Shown piece after piece: positions 7,666 through 15,271 of a DNA stretch of 35,479 bases. Both the position numbers and the translations under genes were made by a program. The number at the start of each line of letters is the position of its first letter. The stretch's first letter is position 1. The notes under the pieces are model-generated. The model was not told the origin of the DNA, searched no databases, and worked only from the letters and a program-made list of their open reading frames with translations. The stretch spans positions 1-35,479 of the IMG/VR virus record IMGVR_UViG_3300035492_000157; one strand, 5' to 3'. The DNA is from a virus. Lineage: Duplodnaviria; Caudoviricetes.

Positions 7666-10220
7666 TACGACACCCCCGCGCCCGAGATGATCGCCTCGCT
7701 TGAACTGTTGAACCAGATCGTGGCCACGCCGCGCGCGGCCAGCGTGCGGTTGCCGGTGTTGGTCGTGCCTGCCTGCCGCAGCGTGAGGCTGGTGCCCTGC
7801 GTGATCGTCACAGCCGAGGCGCTGTCGTTGTAGATCGAGACAGCGTCACCGGCCGAGAAGGTGGCGTTGGGGATGGTGATGCCTGCCGCCACCGCGATGA
7901 CCTTGCCGACGTCACCCGTAGTAGCCGTGCCGCTGGTGGTCGAGCGCGGGATGTTGCGGTAGCCGATCACGACGCCGTCGATGGTCGCTCCGCTGGCGAC
8001 GGACGTCACCGAGCCGCCCAGCGTCAGCGACCCGCTGCCAGTGACCGTGCCGGTAAGGGTCAGGCCGTTGGCCGAGCCGGTTCCGCTGACCGACGTAACG
8101 GTGCCCGTGTTCGAGGTGTAGCCCGAGGGGTTGCTGGACGGATACGCGCCCAGCGACGTGAGGGCGGCGGCGGCCGTGGTCGCGCCCGTGCCACCATTGG
8201 CCACGGGCAGGGCCGCGCCAGACAGCGTCACCGCGAGCGTGCCCGAGGTCGTGATGGGCGAGCCACTGACGCTCAGGAAAGCGGGCACCGACATGGCTAC
8301 GCTGGTGACCGAGCCGCCGCCGCTACCCGCGCCGATGGCCGCGCGGAACGACGCGGCGTCCAGCGCGCTGACCGTGTTGTCCGCGTTGAAGCGCGGGAAG
8401 GTGACGGCCGACGGGTTGGCGATGGTGAACAGGTTGTCGCCCAGCGTCGTCGAGCCGAGGCTGGCGCGCGCGGCGGCGGCCGTGGTCGCGCCCGTGCCGC
8501 CGTTGGCCACCGGCAGCGTGCCGGTTACCTGCGTGGTCAGGCTGACGCCCGAGAGCGTGCCGCCCAGCGTGAGGTTGCCGCTGCCGGTGACGGTGCCCGT
8601 CAGGGTCAGGCCGTTGACCGTGCCGGTGCCCCCAACCGACGTGACGGTACCGACGTTGGTCGTATAGCCCGACGGGTTGCTTGCCGGGTACGCGCCCAAC
8701 GACGTGAGGGCGGCGGCGGCCGTGGTCGCGCCCGTCCCGCCGTTGGCCACCGGAAGCGTGTCGGTAACTTGCGTGGCAAGGCTGACGCCCGAGAGCGTGC
8801 CCCCGAGCGTCAGCGATCCACTCGCGGTGACGGTCCCGGTCAGCGTGATGCCGTTGACCGAACCGGCGCCGCTGACGGAGGTAACAGTGCCGGTGTTCGA
8901 CGTAAAGCCCGACGGATTGCTCGCCGGGTACGCGCCCAGCGACGTGAGGGCGTCGGTCGCCGTGGTGGCGCCCGTGCCGCCCTGCGCCACGCTCAGCGCG
9001 GTCGTCAGGCCCGACAGCGACGTGATGTCGCCGTTAGCCCCCGATGCGGCCGCGCCGATGGTGGTGCGCACCGTGGCCCCCGAAGTGGCCGTGACGATGG
9101 CGTCTGCAAAAGTGGTGATGCCGAGGTTGAGCCGCGCGCCGGACGCAGTGGTGGCGCCCGTACCGCCCTGCGCAACGGTGATGGGCGTGGACAGCGAGGT
9201 CGGGTCAGATGCCAAGATGACGTTGGTGCCGTCGCAGTAGTAGATGCCCTTGGCACCCTGCTGCACCTGCGTCGGCACGCCGCCAGCGATCTTGACGTAG
9301 AAGTTGAACGAGCCGGTCGTGGCGTTGGTGATCCAGTACTGCTGCACCGTGGCCGGAATGATGATGTAGACGTCGCTCGTCAGCGTGCCGACGAACTTGT
9401 AGGAAATGCGGTTCAGCTCGGAGCCGGAAAGCGTGTAGTTGCCCCCAGTGACGTTGATCGACGTGTAGTCGAAGGCGAAAACCGCCTGCTGGCCGAGGCC
9501 AATCGTGTACCACTTCACGCCGTCGGTGATGACCGTGCAGCTATCGCCGGGGTGCAGCGTGAGAGTAGCGCCGCCATCGATCACCTCGGTGCCCGCCGGA
9601 TCGATAGTCAGGTCGCCGCCGCCAGCGTTGCGCACCAGCACGAAGAAGTTGTTGCCAGCCGACGCCGCCGCCAGCAGGTTGAGCGTACCAGCGCCCGAGC
9701 CGTTCCAAACGAAGGTACCCGCCCGGTTCGACGACGCGAGGGTCAGGCCCGTGGTCGAGAAGGTCGTAACGGGCAGGGCCTGCGACAGCGTCGCCCCAGT
9801 GACGGTCAGGCCGAAGCCAGCCAGCGCCGACGGCTGCACCGTCGCGGTCGAGGCGCCATAGCGGAACACGCGCCACGTCCCGGCGGGCGTGGTGGTCACG
9901 GCCAGATAGAGCTGCCACTGCTCGCCGTGCGCGACGGTGGCGAGTGTGTTGCCAGCGAAATCCTTGACGTAGAAGCTGTACGATCCGCTCAGATTGTTGA
10001 ACAGGATGGTCTGCCCGGCCCCGGTCAGGGTGGCGTCGGGCATGATCACGCTGAAGCCGGACGCGGTCGGCGTCACGTCAATGATGCGCGCGGCCGGGTC
10101 TTCGGTGCCCGAACTCTCGAGCGGCCATTCCAGCGGATTGTCCGCGCTCAGCGACAGCGCGAGATAGGACACGTCCGAGGGGTAGATGGTGGTGCCGCCG
10201 AATACGTTGGTGTAGCTCAT
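7665..10220 (-). CDS. Tail fibre protein, 851 aa
   Basis: Thr/Gly/Ser-rich with five 'VA(N/Q)GGTGATTA' fibre repeats and repeated 'GTVTSV..G.G..NG.TLTGTVT.SG.LTLGG' units. Adjacent to the adaptor and nozzle genes. Confidence 0.85.
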   Translation of the reverse strand: MSYTNVFGGTTIYPSDVSYLALSLSADNPLEWPLESSGTEDPAARIIDVTPTASGFSVIMPDATLTGAGQTILFNNLSGSYSFYVKDFAGNTLATVAHGEQWQLYLAVTTTPAGTWRVFRYGASTATVQPSALAGFGLTVTGATLSQALPVTTFSTTGLTLASSNRAGTFVWNGSGAGTLNLLAAASAGNNFFVLVRNAGGGDLTIDPAGTEVIDGGATLTLHPGDSCTVITDGVKWYTIGLGQQAVFAFDYTSINVTGGNYTLSGSELNRISYKFVGTLTSDVYIIIPATVQQYWITNATTGSFNFYVKIAGGVPTQVQQGAKGIYYCDGTNVILASDPTSLSTPITVAQGGTGATTASGARLNLGITTFADAIVTATSGATVRTTIGAAASGANGDITSLSGLTTALSVAQGGTGATTATDALTSLGAYPASNPSGFTSNTGTVTSVSGAGSVNGITLTGTVTASGSLTLGGTLSGVSLATQVTDTLPVANGGTGATTAAAALTSLGAYPASNPSGYTTNVGTVTSVGGTGTVNGLTLTGTVTGSGNLTLGGTLSGVSLTTQVTGTLPVANGGTGATTAAAARASLGSTTLGDNLFTIANPSAVTFPRFNADNTVSALDAASFRAAIGAGSGGGSVTSVAMSVPAFLSVSGSPITTSGTLAVTLSGAALPVANGGTGATTAAAALTSLGAYPSSNPSGYTSNTGTVTSVSGTGSANGLTLTGTVTGSGSLTLGGSVTSVASGATIDGVVIGYRNIPRSTTSGTATTGDVGKVIAVAAGITIPNATFSAGDAVSIYNDSASAVTITQGTSLTLRQAGTTNTGNRTLAARGVATIWFNSSSEAIISGAGVS
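8090..9190 (-). repeat. Imperfect in-frame repeats inside the tail fibre gene
   Basis: The block 'GGTGATTA..ALTSLGAYP.SNPSG(Y/F)T.N.GTVTSV' occurs three times (about 8095-8200, 8635-8750, 8875-8990). Two shorter GGTGATTA units are also present. Confidence 0.85.
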
Positions 10221-10223
10221 GGC

Positions 10224-10877
10224 TTACGCTTCCTTGCGAGTAGATGCGCGGTCGAGGATTTTGGCCAAGTCCTCGCCGTTGAGCATGGCTGCGGCGCGGT
10301 CGTAATACGTCTGCCACGTGCCGATGCGTTCGTCGTTCTTCAGGAACGGCGTGGCCTCCAGCAGCGTGGCGTACAGCAGGAGCTGCGGCGCGTATTCCGT
10401 CAGCCAGTTGGTCTGGATTGTGTCGTCGAGTAGCGGGGGCAGCTCGTAGTACACGATCTCGAAGGGGTAGGCCTGATCCGGCGTGGGCGCGATCAGCCAG
10501 TGCGTGTAGTCGTAGTCGCAGTAGAACAGCGGCTGCGCGGTCTGGCTCTCATCCGGCCAGTACGAGCGCACGTACTCGTACACGCGGGTGAACAGCGGCG
10601 TGCGGTTGGCAAGGGCCGGACCGCTGCCGAAGTTGATCGACACGGTCTCGCGCCAGCGGTCGGGCTTGTCATAGACCGACTGGCCCGGAACCATGCTGCC
10701 CGAGACGACGGCGATGAAGCCCTGCACCTTCAGCTCGCGCGCGATGCGACGCTCCGCGAGGTTGATCAGGCGCGGGATTTGCTCGTACACCACTGCGTCG
10801 GACGCAAGGGTAGCGCCGCGCTCGAGGTAGCGACGCACGTCCTGTTGCAGGGTCTCGAAGGTCATCGTGGTCGCCAT
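10224..10877 (-). CDS. Head-tail adaptor / tail tubular protein A-like, 217 aa
   Basis: 'IPRLINLAERRIARELK', 'IAPTPDQAY..EIVYY' and 'TNWLTEYAPQLLLYATLLEA.PFLKNDER' are the recurrent pattern of podovirus adaptor proteins. Confidence 0.75.
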   Translation of the reverse strand: MATTMTFETLQQDVRRYLERGATLASDAVVYEQIPRLINLAERRIARELKVQGFIAVVSGSMVPGQSVYDKPDRWRETVSINFGSGPALANRTPLFTRVYEYVRSYWPDESQTAQPLFYCDYDYTHWLIAPTPDQAYPFEIVYYELPPLLDDTIQTNWLTEYAPQLLLYATLLEATPFLKNDERIGTWQTYYDRAAAMLNGEDLAKILDRASTRKEA

Positions 10878-10894
10878 GGCGGGTCCTTATAGCA

Positions 10895-11491
10895 CTACTG
10901 GGCGATTTTGGTAGTGCCAGCGTCCGGGGCTGCCGCGTTCAGCTTCACCGCCCAGTCGTGCACCACCAGAAGTCGGCGGGTGTTCTCCACCAAGATTTTC
11001 AGGTCGTCGGCCGTCACTGCAACAAGCTCGGCACCTTGACCGGGTCCGTTGCCGCCTTGGGCACCGCCACTACCGGGGGCGGCGGGGGCGGCGCAGCCAT
11101 CGGCGCCGGGTGCGAACACCCGGTGAGTAGCGCGGTAAGCAGCAAGGCGCCGATCATAATCAGCAGCAAGTACAGCGTCGTGGTTGTCGGCTTCATTGGC
11201 CCGCTCCTTGTATCGCTGCTCAGCGGCAGCCTTTTGCGCCAGCGCCGCCTTCAGGTTCGCGTCGCTGGCCGCCTTCATGTCGTCGATCTGCTTGTTCTTC
11301 TTGATCACCAGAGTGCGCTGCTTGGTCGCCTCGGCCTTCCAGTGGTCGGCGTGCGCGGCCGTCAGCCACGCGACGAAAAGCGCCCCGGCCGCGACAGCCC
11401 ACGCCGGGTTGCGCCGGGCCCAGTCGAATAGACCGGCCAGCGCCGAGCGGCCGAAGCCGAGCAGCTTAAGCAGCAGCGGGAGGAGGGCCAT
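10895..11491 (-). CDS. Inner-membrane spanin (Rz-like), 198 aa
   Basis: N-terminal TM segment (WAVAAGALFVAWL) followed by a coiled coil. Follows the endolysin and holin and contains an embedded lipoprotein ORF. Confidence 0.8.
   Translation of the reverse strand: MALLPLLLKLLGFGRSALAGLFDWARRNPAWAVAAGALFVAWLTAAHADHWKAEATKQRTLVIKKNKQIDDMKAASDANLKAALAQKAAAEQRYKERANEADNHDAVLAADYDRRLAAYRATHRVFAPGADGCAAPAAPGSGGAQGGNGPGQGAELVAVTADDLKILVENTRRLLVVHDWAVKLNAAAPDAGTTKIAQ
11014..11196 (-). CDS. Outer-membrane spanin lipoprotein (Rz1-like), fully embedded in Rz, 60 aa
   Basis: Alternate frame inside the i-spanin. MK + hydrophobic signal, lipobox LLTG-C and a proline-rich mature part (AAPPPPPPVV) match the lambda-type embedded architecture. 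Confidence 0.85.
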   Translation of the reverse strand: MKPTTTTLYLLLIMIGALLLTALLTGCSHPAPMAAPPPPPPVVAVPKAATDPVKVPSLLQ

Positions 11492-11696
11492 TGCTCTTGT
11501 CCTCGTTCCACAACACCAGCAGGATGCCGACCACGGCCGCCGTCTTGGTGGCGTAACCGCCCCACTTGTCGTTGATCGTGGTCAGGTACGGCGCGATCTG
11601 ACTGGCGACAGCCGACGCCGTCGTCAGCAAGACGCCAATCTTGGTGCTGAACTGGCGGCTGCGGACAGCCCACGCCTCATTGAGCTTCTCGAACAT
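11466..11696 (-). CDS. Putative holin, 76 aa
   Basis: Two hydrophobic segments (IGVLLTTASAVASQIAPYL; AAVVGILLVLW). Lies between the endolysin and spanins. Confidence 0.65.
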   Translation of the reverse strand: MFEKLNEAWAVRSRQFSTKIGVLLTTASAVASQIAPYLTTINDKWGGYATKTAAVVGILLVLWNEDKSNGPPPAAA

Positions 11697-11697
11697 G

Positions 11698-12219
11698 CTA
11701 CATCATCCTGAGTGCGGCGCCCTCGATAACATCCACGCGGGCAAGCCAGCCTTTGCCGAATGTAGCAAACGTGGGGCGCGAGTGATAGTAGGCGCGGCGG
11801 AGGGCCAGATACTGCTGGATCAGGGGGCCGAGCCCCCGCTTGGTGGCGGCCTGCTGGAGCGCCTTGAGCGTGCCATCACCGATGTGCCCGTCGGCCACTG
11901 CGCCGACCACCTGTTGAAGGTCGCGCGCGGCGCGCGACGGGCCGCCATTCACCGCCCAGTCGAAGACGCACAGCGCCATAGCCGGAGGCAGCCTATCGCA
12001 CGCGCACGCCTGCCAGAACTGCGCGCGGTACAGGGGCGTGACGTCGGCAACGGTCAGCGCGCGCATGTCGTTTACCGACACGCCGTGCCCAACCCACGCC
12101 TCCCAGACGCGCTTGGTGACGCCCAGATTGGTGGCGCCACCGGGGTCGGCCGGGTTGTTGGTGAAGCCACCCTCTTCGCCGAGGGTGACGCTCAGGCAGC
12201 GGGGAAACGCGTCGGTCAT
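11698..12219 (-). CDS. Endolysin, glycoside hydrolase family 108 with C-terminal peptidoglycan-binding domain, 173 aa
   Basis: Catalytic 'EGG' motif, 'DPGGATNLGVT', 'FDWAVNGG', 'DGHIGDGTL' and 'FGKGWLARV'. Confidence 0.92.
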   Translation of the reverse strand: MTDAFPRCLSVTLGEEGGFTNNPADPGGATNLGVTKRVWEAWVGHGVSVNDMRALTVADVTPLYRAQFWQACACDRLPPAMALCVFDWAVNGGPSRAARDLQQVVGAVADGHIGDGTLKALQQAATKRGLGPLIQQYLALRRAYYHSRPTFATFGKGWLARVDVIEGAALRMM

Positions 12220-13163
12220 TCAGCCACGACCTCCCCGCGAAAGTATGCCTTCCCGTTCACCACCTGACACAGCTCAGGCTGGAGCAGCGCGCCGCCGCTG
12301 AACGTCAGCACCGCGAAGCCAGAGCAGGCCTGCGACGGGCGGCCGCCCTGATATTCGAACTGGGGGCCGTCGAGGTCAGCGATGGTGCCCGTTTGCACGC
12401 CGTATCGGCGGCCGCGCAGGTCGTGGAAGGGCTTGCACTCAAGGGCGTGCGTATGGCCCGTGACCGTGGTCACACCCGCCTTCATGGCGTTGTTGTAGCC
12501 CGCGTGGATGCCGTTGGCGAAGTTGTGGAACACCACCACAGGGTCGTGGCTGTTCTGGTTGAGCCAAAGGCGGTGCATCATGTCCCAGCCGGGGAAGTGG
12601 TCCTCGAGGCGGGTGCCGTGCAGGCCCGCGAACTCGGGCGCCTTGACCACCAGCGTGCGTTCGAAGCGCTGGTCATGGTTGCCCACGCACCACACGCGCT
12701 CGCAGCCCTTGGGCAGCGCCTGCTCGATCTCGGCCACGCGCTCTTGGCACGCCTCCAGCTCCTGAACCGGGATGGGCAGCGTGCACCAGCCGAGGGGCGG
12801 GTGCCGGGAAATGGACGCACCGTCGAAGACATCCCCATTGAGGATTTTCATTCGGGGCTTCACCTTCTTGATGACGGCGAGCAGCGCCCGGTGCGCGAGA
12901 GGCTCGATGCCGGGCCAGTAGTGATGGTCCGAGGAGATGACCACGGAGCCGGTGAAAATTTCCCGGCTATCGCCCATGGGAAACACCCAACCCGTGGTGT
13001 CGAAGCGCTCCAAGTTGTGCAGCTCGAGCCACTTGTCGTAACGGTGGCGCAGGGTGTTGCGATCCATTTTCGCGGCTCGGGCGGCAGTCTTGATGCTGCC
13101 GTGCTGCTTCACCAGTTCATACGCTTCGCGCATCTTATCTTCGGACAGCGGGGGAGTTGGCAT
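12216..13163 (-). CDS. Calcineurin-like metallophosphoesterase with N-terminal HTH-like segment, 315 aa
   Basis: All five motifs are present: SDHH, GDVFD, GNHD, VFH and GHTH. The N-terminus 'GSIKTAARAAKMDRNTLRHRY' is HTH-like. ATGA overlap with the endolysin. Confidence 0.88.
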   Translation of the reverse strand: MPTPPLSEDKMREAYELVKQHGSIKTAARAAKMDRNTLRHRYDKWLELHNLERFDTTGWVFPMGDSREIFTGSVVISSDHHYWPGIEPLAHRALLAVIKKVKPRMKILNGDVFDGASISRHPPLGWCTLPIPVQELEACQERVAEIEQALPKGCERVWCVGNHDQRFERTLVVKAPEFAGLHGTRLEDHFPGWDMMHRLWLNQNSHDPVVVFHNFANGIHAGYNNAMKAGVTTVTGHTHALECKPFHDLRGRRYGVQTGTIADLDGPQFEYQGGRPSQACSGFAVLTFSGGALLQPELCQVVNGKAYFRGEVVAE

Positions 13164-13199
13164 AGTGCGCCTCGCAATGTTCGGGGGTGCGGGCCTGCC

Positions 13200-13514
13200 T
13201 TAGTGAAACAGGCCCAGCTTATAGGCAGCAAAGCTGCCGATGGCCGACGCGACGCCCAGCAGGAAGCGGTCGAGCCAGATGGTGGTTTCCTTGGTCTTGG
13301 CCGCCCCGCTTTCGAGGGCGGTGACCCGGTCTTCGATCTTCGAAACCAGCTTGAAGGCACGGTTGAGCGCCTCGCTGGTCTGTTCGAGCTGCTGCTCGAC
13401 TAGCGCCAGCTTGGTCAGGGCCTCGGACATCTTGTTCAAGACGGCCTTCATCTCGACCATGTCGGAGTGAAGCATGTCAATCTTGACCTGAAGGGCGGGG
13501 GTTTCGAGGCTCAT
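13200..13514 (-). CDS. Coiled-coil protein with C-terminal TM segment (holin/antiholin-like membrane protein), 104 aa
   Basis: The likely start is the ATG at 13514 (MSLETPALQ...), which overlaps the upstream stop as ATGA, not the 13628 start in the track. Heptad-rich body, then FLLGVASAIGSFAAY. Confidence 0.65.
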   Translation of the reverse strand: MSLETPALQVKIDMLHSDMVEMKAVLNKMSEALTKLALVEQQLEQTSEALNRAFKLVSKIEDRVTALESGAAKTKETTIWLDRFLLGVASAIGSFAAYKLGLFH

Positions 13515-13873
13515 TTCAGGTTCCGCAGCTTGTAGATGGTGGACTGGTAGACGTTGGCGACCGTGTCCAGCAGGTTGCCGACGCCGCTGTTCTTGCCGCA
13601 GATCGCGTCGTGGTTCTCGTCGATCCACTTCTGGTCGCCCTCGAGCAGTTTCAGCACGTCGCGCGCAGCCATGTCCGGCGACGGGATGTTGCCAATGAGG
13701 TCAAAGGCACCCTGATACGCCTCCACGACGGCATCCAGCGCGTCGATCACGTCCTCGTAGAAGGAGCCCAGCGCCATGTGCTTGGCGAAGCTGCCGGTGC
13801 CGGTAGCGCGCCAATGTTCGAAGTGGGCGACGTTGCGGGCGTAGAAGACCCGGCTGATCAGTTGTTCAATCAC
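13511..13873 (-). CDS. Ferritin/Dps-like four-helix protein (DUF5856-like), 120 aa
   Basis: 'HFEHW...SFAKHMALGSFYE...D.VVEAYQG' and the terminal 'YKLRNLK' resemble phage Dps-like proteins. GGAGA SD 7 nt before the GTG. Confidence 0.75.
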   Translation of the reverse strand: MIEQLISRVFYARNVAHFEHWRATGTGSFAKHMALGSFYEDVIDALDAVVEAYQGAFDLIGNIPSPDMAARDVLKLLEGDQKWIDENHDAICGKNSGVGNLLDTVANVYQSTIYKLRNLK

Positions 13874-13892
13874 GTTTCATTCTCCGTTGGAA

Positions 13893-13958
13893 CAGCGCTG
13901 GCGGCGGGAGACAAGCGCCACCAGCGCTGCCACAACCCGAGTGGAGCACGCCTCGGGT
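13893..13958 (-). promoter_or_regulatory. Two adjacent RNA hairpins in the intergenic leader of the ferritin-like gene
   Basis: Minus strand: ACCCGAG-GCGTGCTCCA-CTCGGGT, then CAGCGCTGGTGGCG-CTTGTCTCC-CGCCGCCAGCGCTG (14-bp stem). The single irregular pair is G-U on this strand but C-A on the other. Confidence 0.6.
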
Positions 13959-13960
13959 GT

Positions 13961-14188
13961 TCATGCAGACAGTGGCGTATCGGGGCGCGGATACTGGAGC
14001 GCGATGGCTTCAGGTTGCCGCGCGGGCAGACGGTAGGGGTCGTAATTGTCGAGGTCGTCCTTGCACACGCGCAGGCCCGGATAGTTCGGGTCGGGGTACA
14101 GGTCGTCGAGGCTCATCTTGCGGCTGCACCGGCCGCAGATGCCGATGCCGAGGGTAGACTTGCCTTGCGTGTCGAGGAAGATCGGCAT
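13961..14188 (-). CDS. Small Cys-containing (Zn-binding-like) phage protein, 75 aa
   Basis: 'GICGRCSRK...GLRVCKDDLD..DP......PRPD' pattern. GAGG SD; follows the adaptor gene, as is common in this type of podovirus. Confidence 0.75.
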   Translation of the reverse strand: MPIFLDTQGKSTLGIGICGRCSRKMSLDDLYPDPNYPGLRVCKDDLDNYDPYRLPARQPEAIALQYPRPDTPLSA

Positions 14189-14192
14189 GGGC

Positions 14193-15179
14193 TTACCTCG
14201 TGTACGGCGCGATGTTGGGAGCGATCATCATGGGCGAGTTGTCGCGCTCTTCGGCCTGCGCGACGGCCAGAGCCTGCGCCGCCTTGGCGTCGAGGATCGG
14301 GATCATCTGCGGATCGACCTCGGTCATCTCCATGGCCATCTTGGCGGCCAGCATGGCCACCAGCGCTTCGTACCAGCGCTGGGGTACCTCGACCTGCTGC
14401 GACATGGTGCCCACGTCCATGATGTGCCGCTGCACCCACGTCACGACTTGGTAGACGGTGGCCTGCGCGTTGGGCACCGGCCACAGGTTCAACACGGGCG
14501 ACTGGGCCTGCCGGTCGAGCCAGAATTGGAGCGGACGGTTGGACTGGAAGGTCTTGTTGGGGAGGTTGGTGTAGTCATCGCGGTTCATGCGCGCCATCGG
14601 GATTTCCGTGGGCATGTTGCCGGTGAAGATTTGGCTGAAGCCGAGCGTGCCGCTGATGGCCACGACGCGGAAGTACTGGGTCGGGACGCTGCTTTCCAGA
14701 TCAAACCACGTCCATTCGCCTGCGGCGGCCGTCTGGTCTTCGTTCTGGATGATGGTCCAGTTCACCCGGTCCACGCTGCGCTGGAGCGACACGGGTACGG
14801 CGGGGGACGTCCAGCGGATGCCGATGGTGCTGATCGCCACGGCGCTGCCGAAGTCGATGTCGTGAACCGTTGACGTGTCGATGGCCGTGCCAGTCACCTG
14901 CTGCAACGAGCGCAGGTTGGTGTTCAGCAGATCGACCGTGCCGGTGTAGGTCGTGATGGTCGGCGTGCCCTCGTACAGCGGGTAGATGCACTTCTGGATG
15001 CACCACAGGGGCGTGCCCTGATTGGCCAAGTCCGACAGCAGCAGGTAGAGCTGGTCGTTGGCGATGCTGATCGTCTCGGCCGTGATCTGCTCGGCAGGCA
15101 CACGGCAGCGGCGCACCGCGTTGTCGATGACACGCTGCGTCGTGAAAACCGTCTGGGATACCGTGTTCGAATAGGCCAT
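14193..15179 (-). CDS. Head-tail connector / adaptor protein, 328 aa
   Basis: 'LYLLLSDLANQG.PLW', 'RDDYTNLPNK....RPLQFWLDRQ', 'LWPVP' and 'VPQRWYEALV..LA' form a tubular-protein-A-like pattern with an inserted beta domain. Confidence 0.7.
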   Translation of the reverse strand: MAYSNTVSQTVFTTQRVIDNAVRRCRVPAEQITAETISIANDQLYLLLSDLANQGTPLWCIQKCIYPLYEGTPTITTYTGTVDLLNTNLRSLQQVTGTAIDTSTVHDIDFGSAVAISTIGIRWTSPAVPVSLQRSVDRVNWTIIQNEDQTAAAGEWTWFDLESSVPTQYFRVVAISGTLGFSQIFTGNMPTEIPMARMNRDDYTNLPNKTFQSNRPLQFWLDRQAQSPVLNLWPVPNAQATVYQVVTWVQRHIMDVGTMSQQVEVPQRWYEALVAMLAAKMAMEMTEVDPQMIPILDAKAAQALAVAQAEERDNSPMMIAPNIAPYTR

Positions 15180-15240
15180 GGGTTGCTCGCTGGTTCAGGA
15201 CAGCAGCTTACCACTCCGGGCGAGCATCTCTGGCAGGGTT

Positions 15241-15269
15241 GACATACCAAAAGCCGCGCGAGCTGTAAA
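15241..15269 (-). promoter_or_regulatory. Putative internal sigma70-type late promoter
   Basis: TTTACA-17 nt-TATGTC with a TGG extension before the -10, in the 92-bp gap upstream of the adaptor gene. Confidence 0.45.
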
Positions 15270-15271
15270 CG

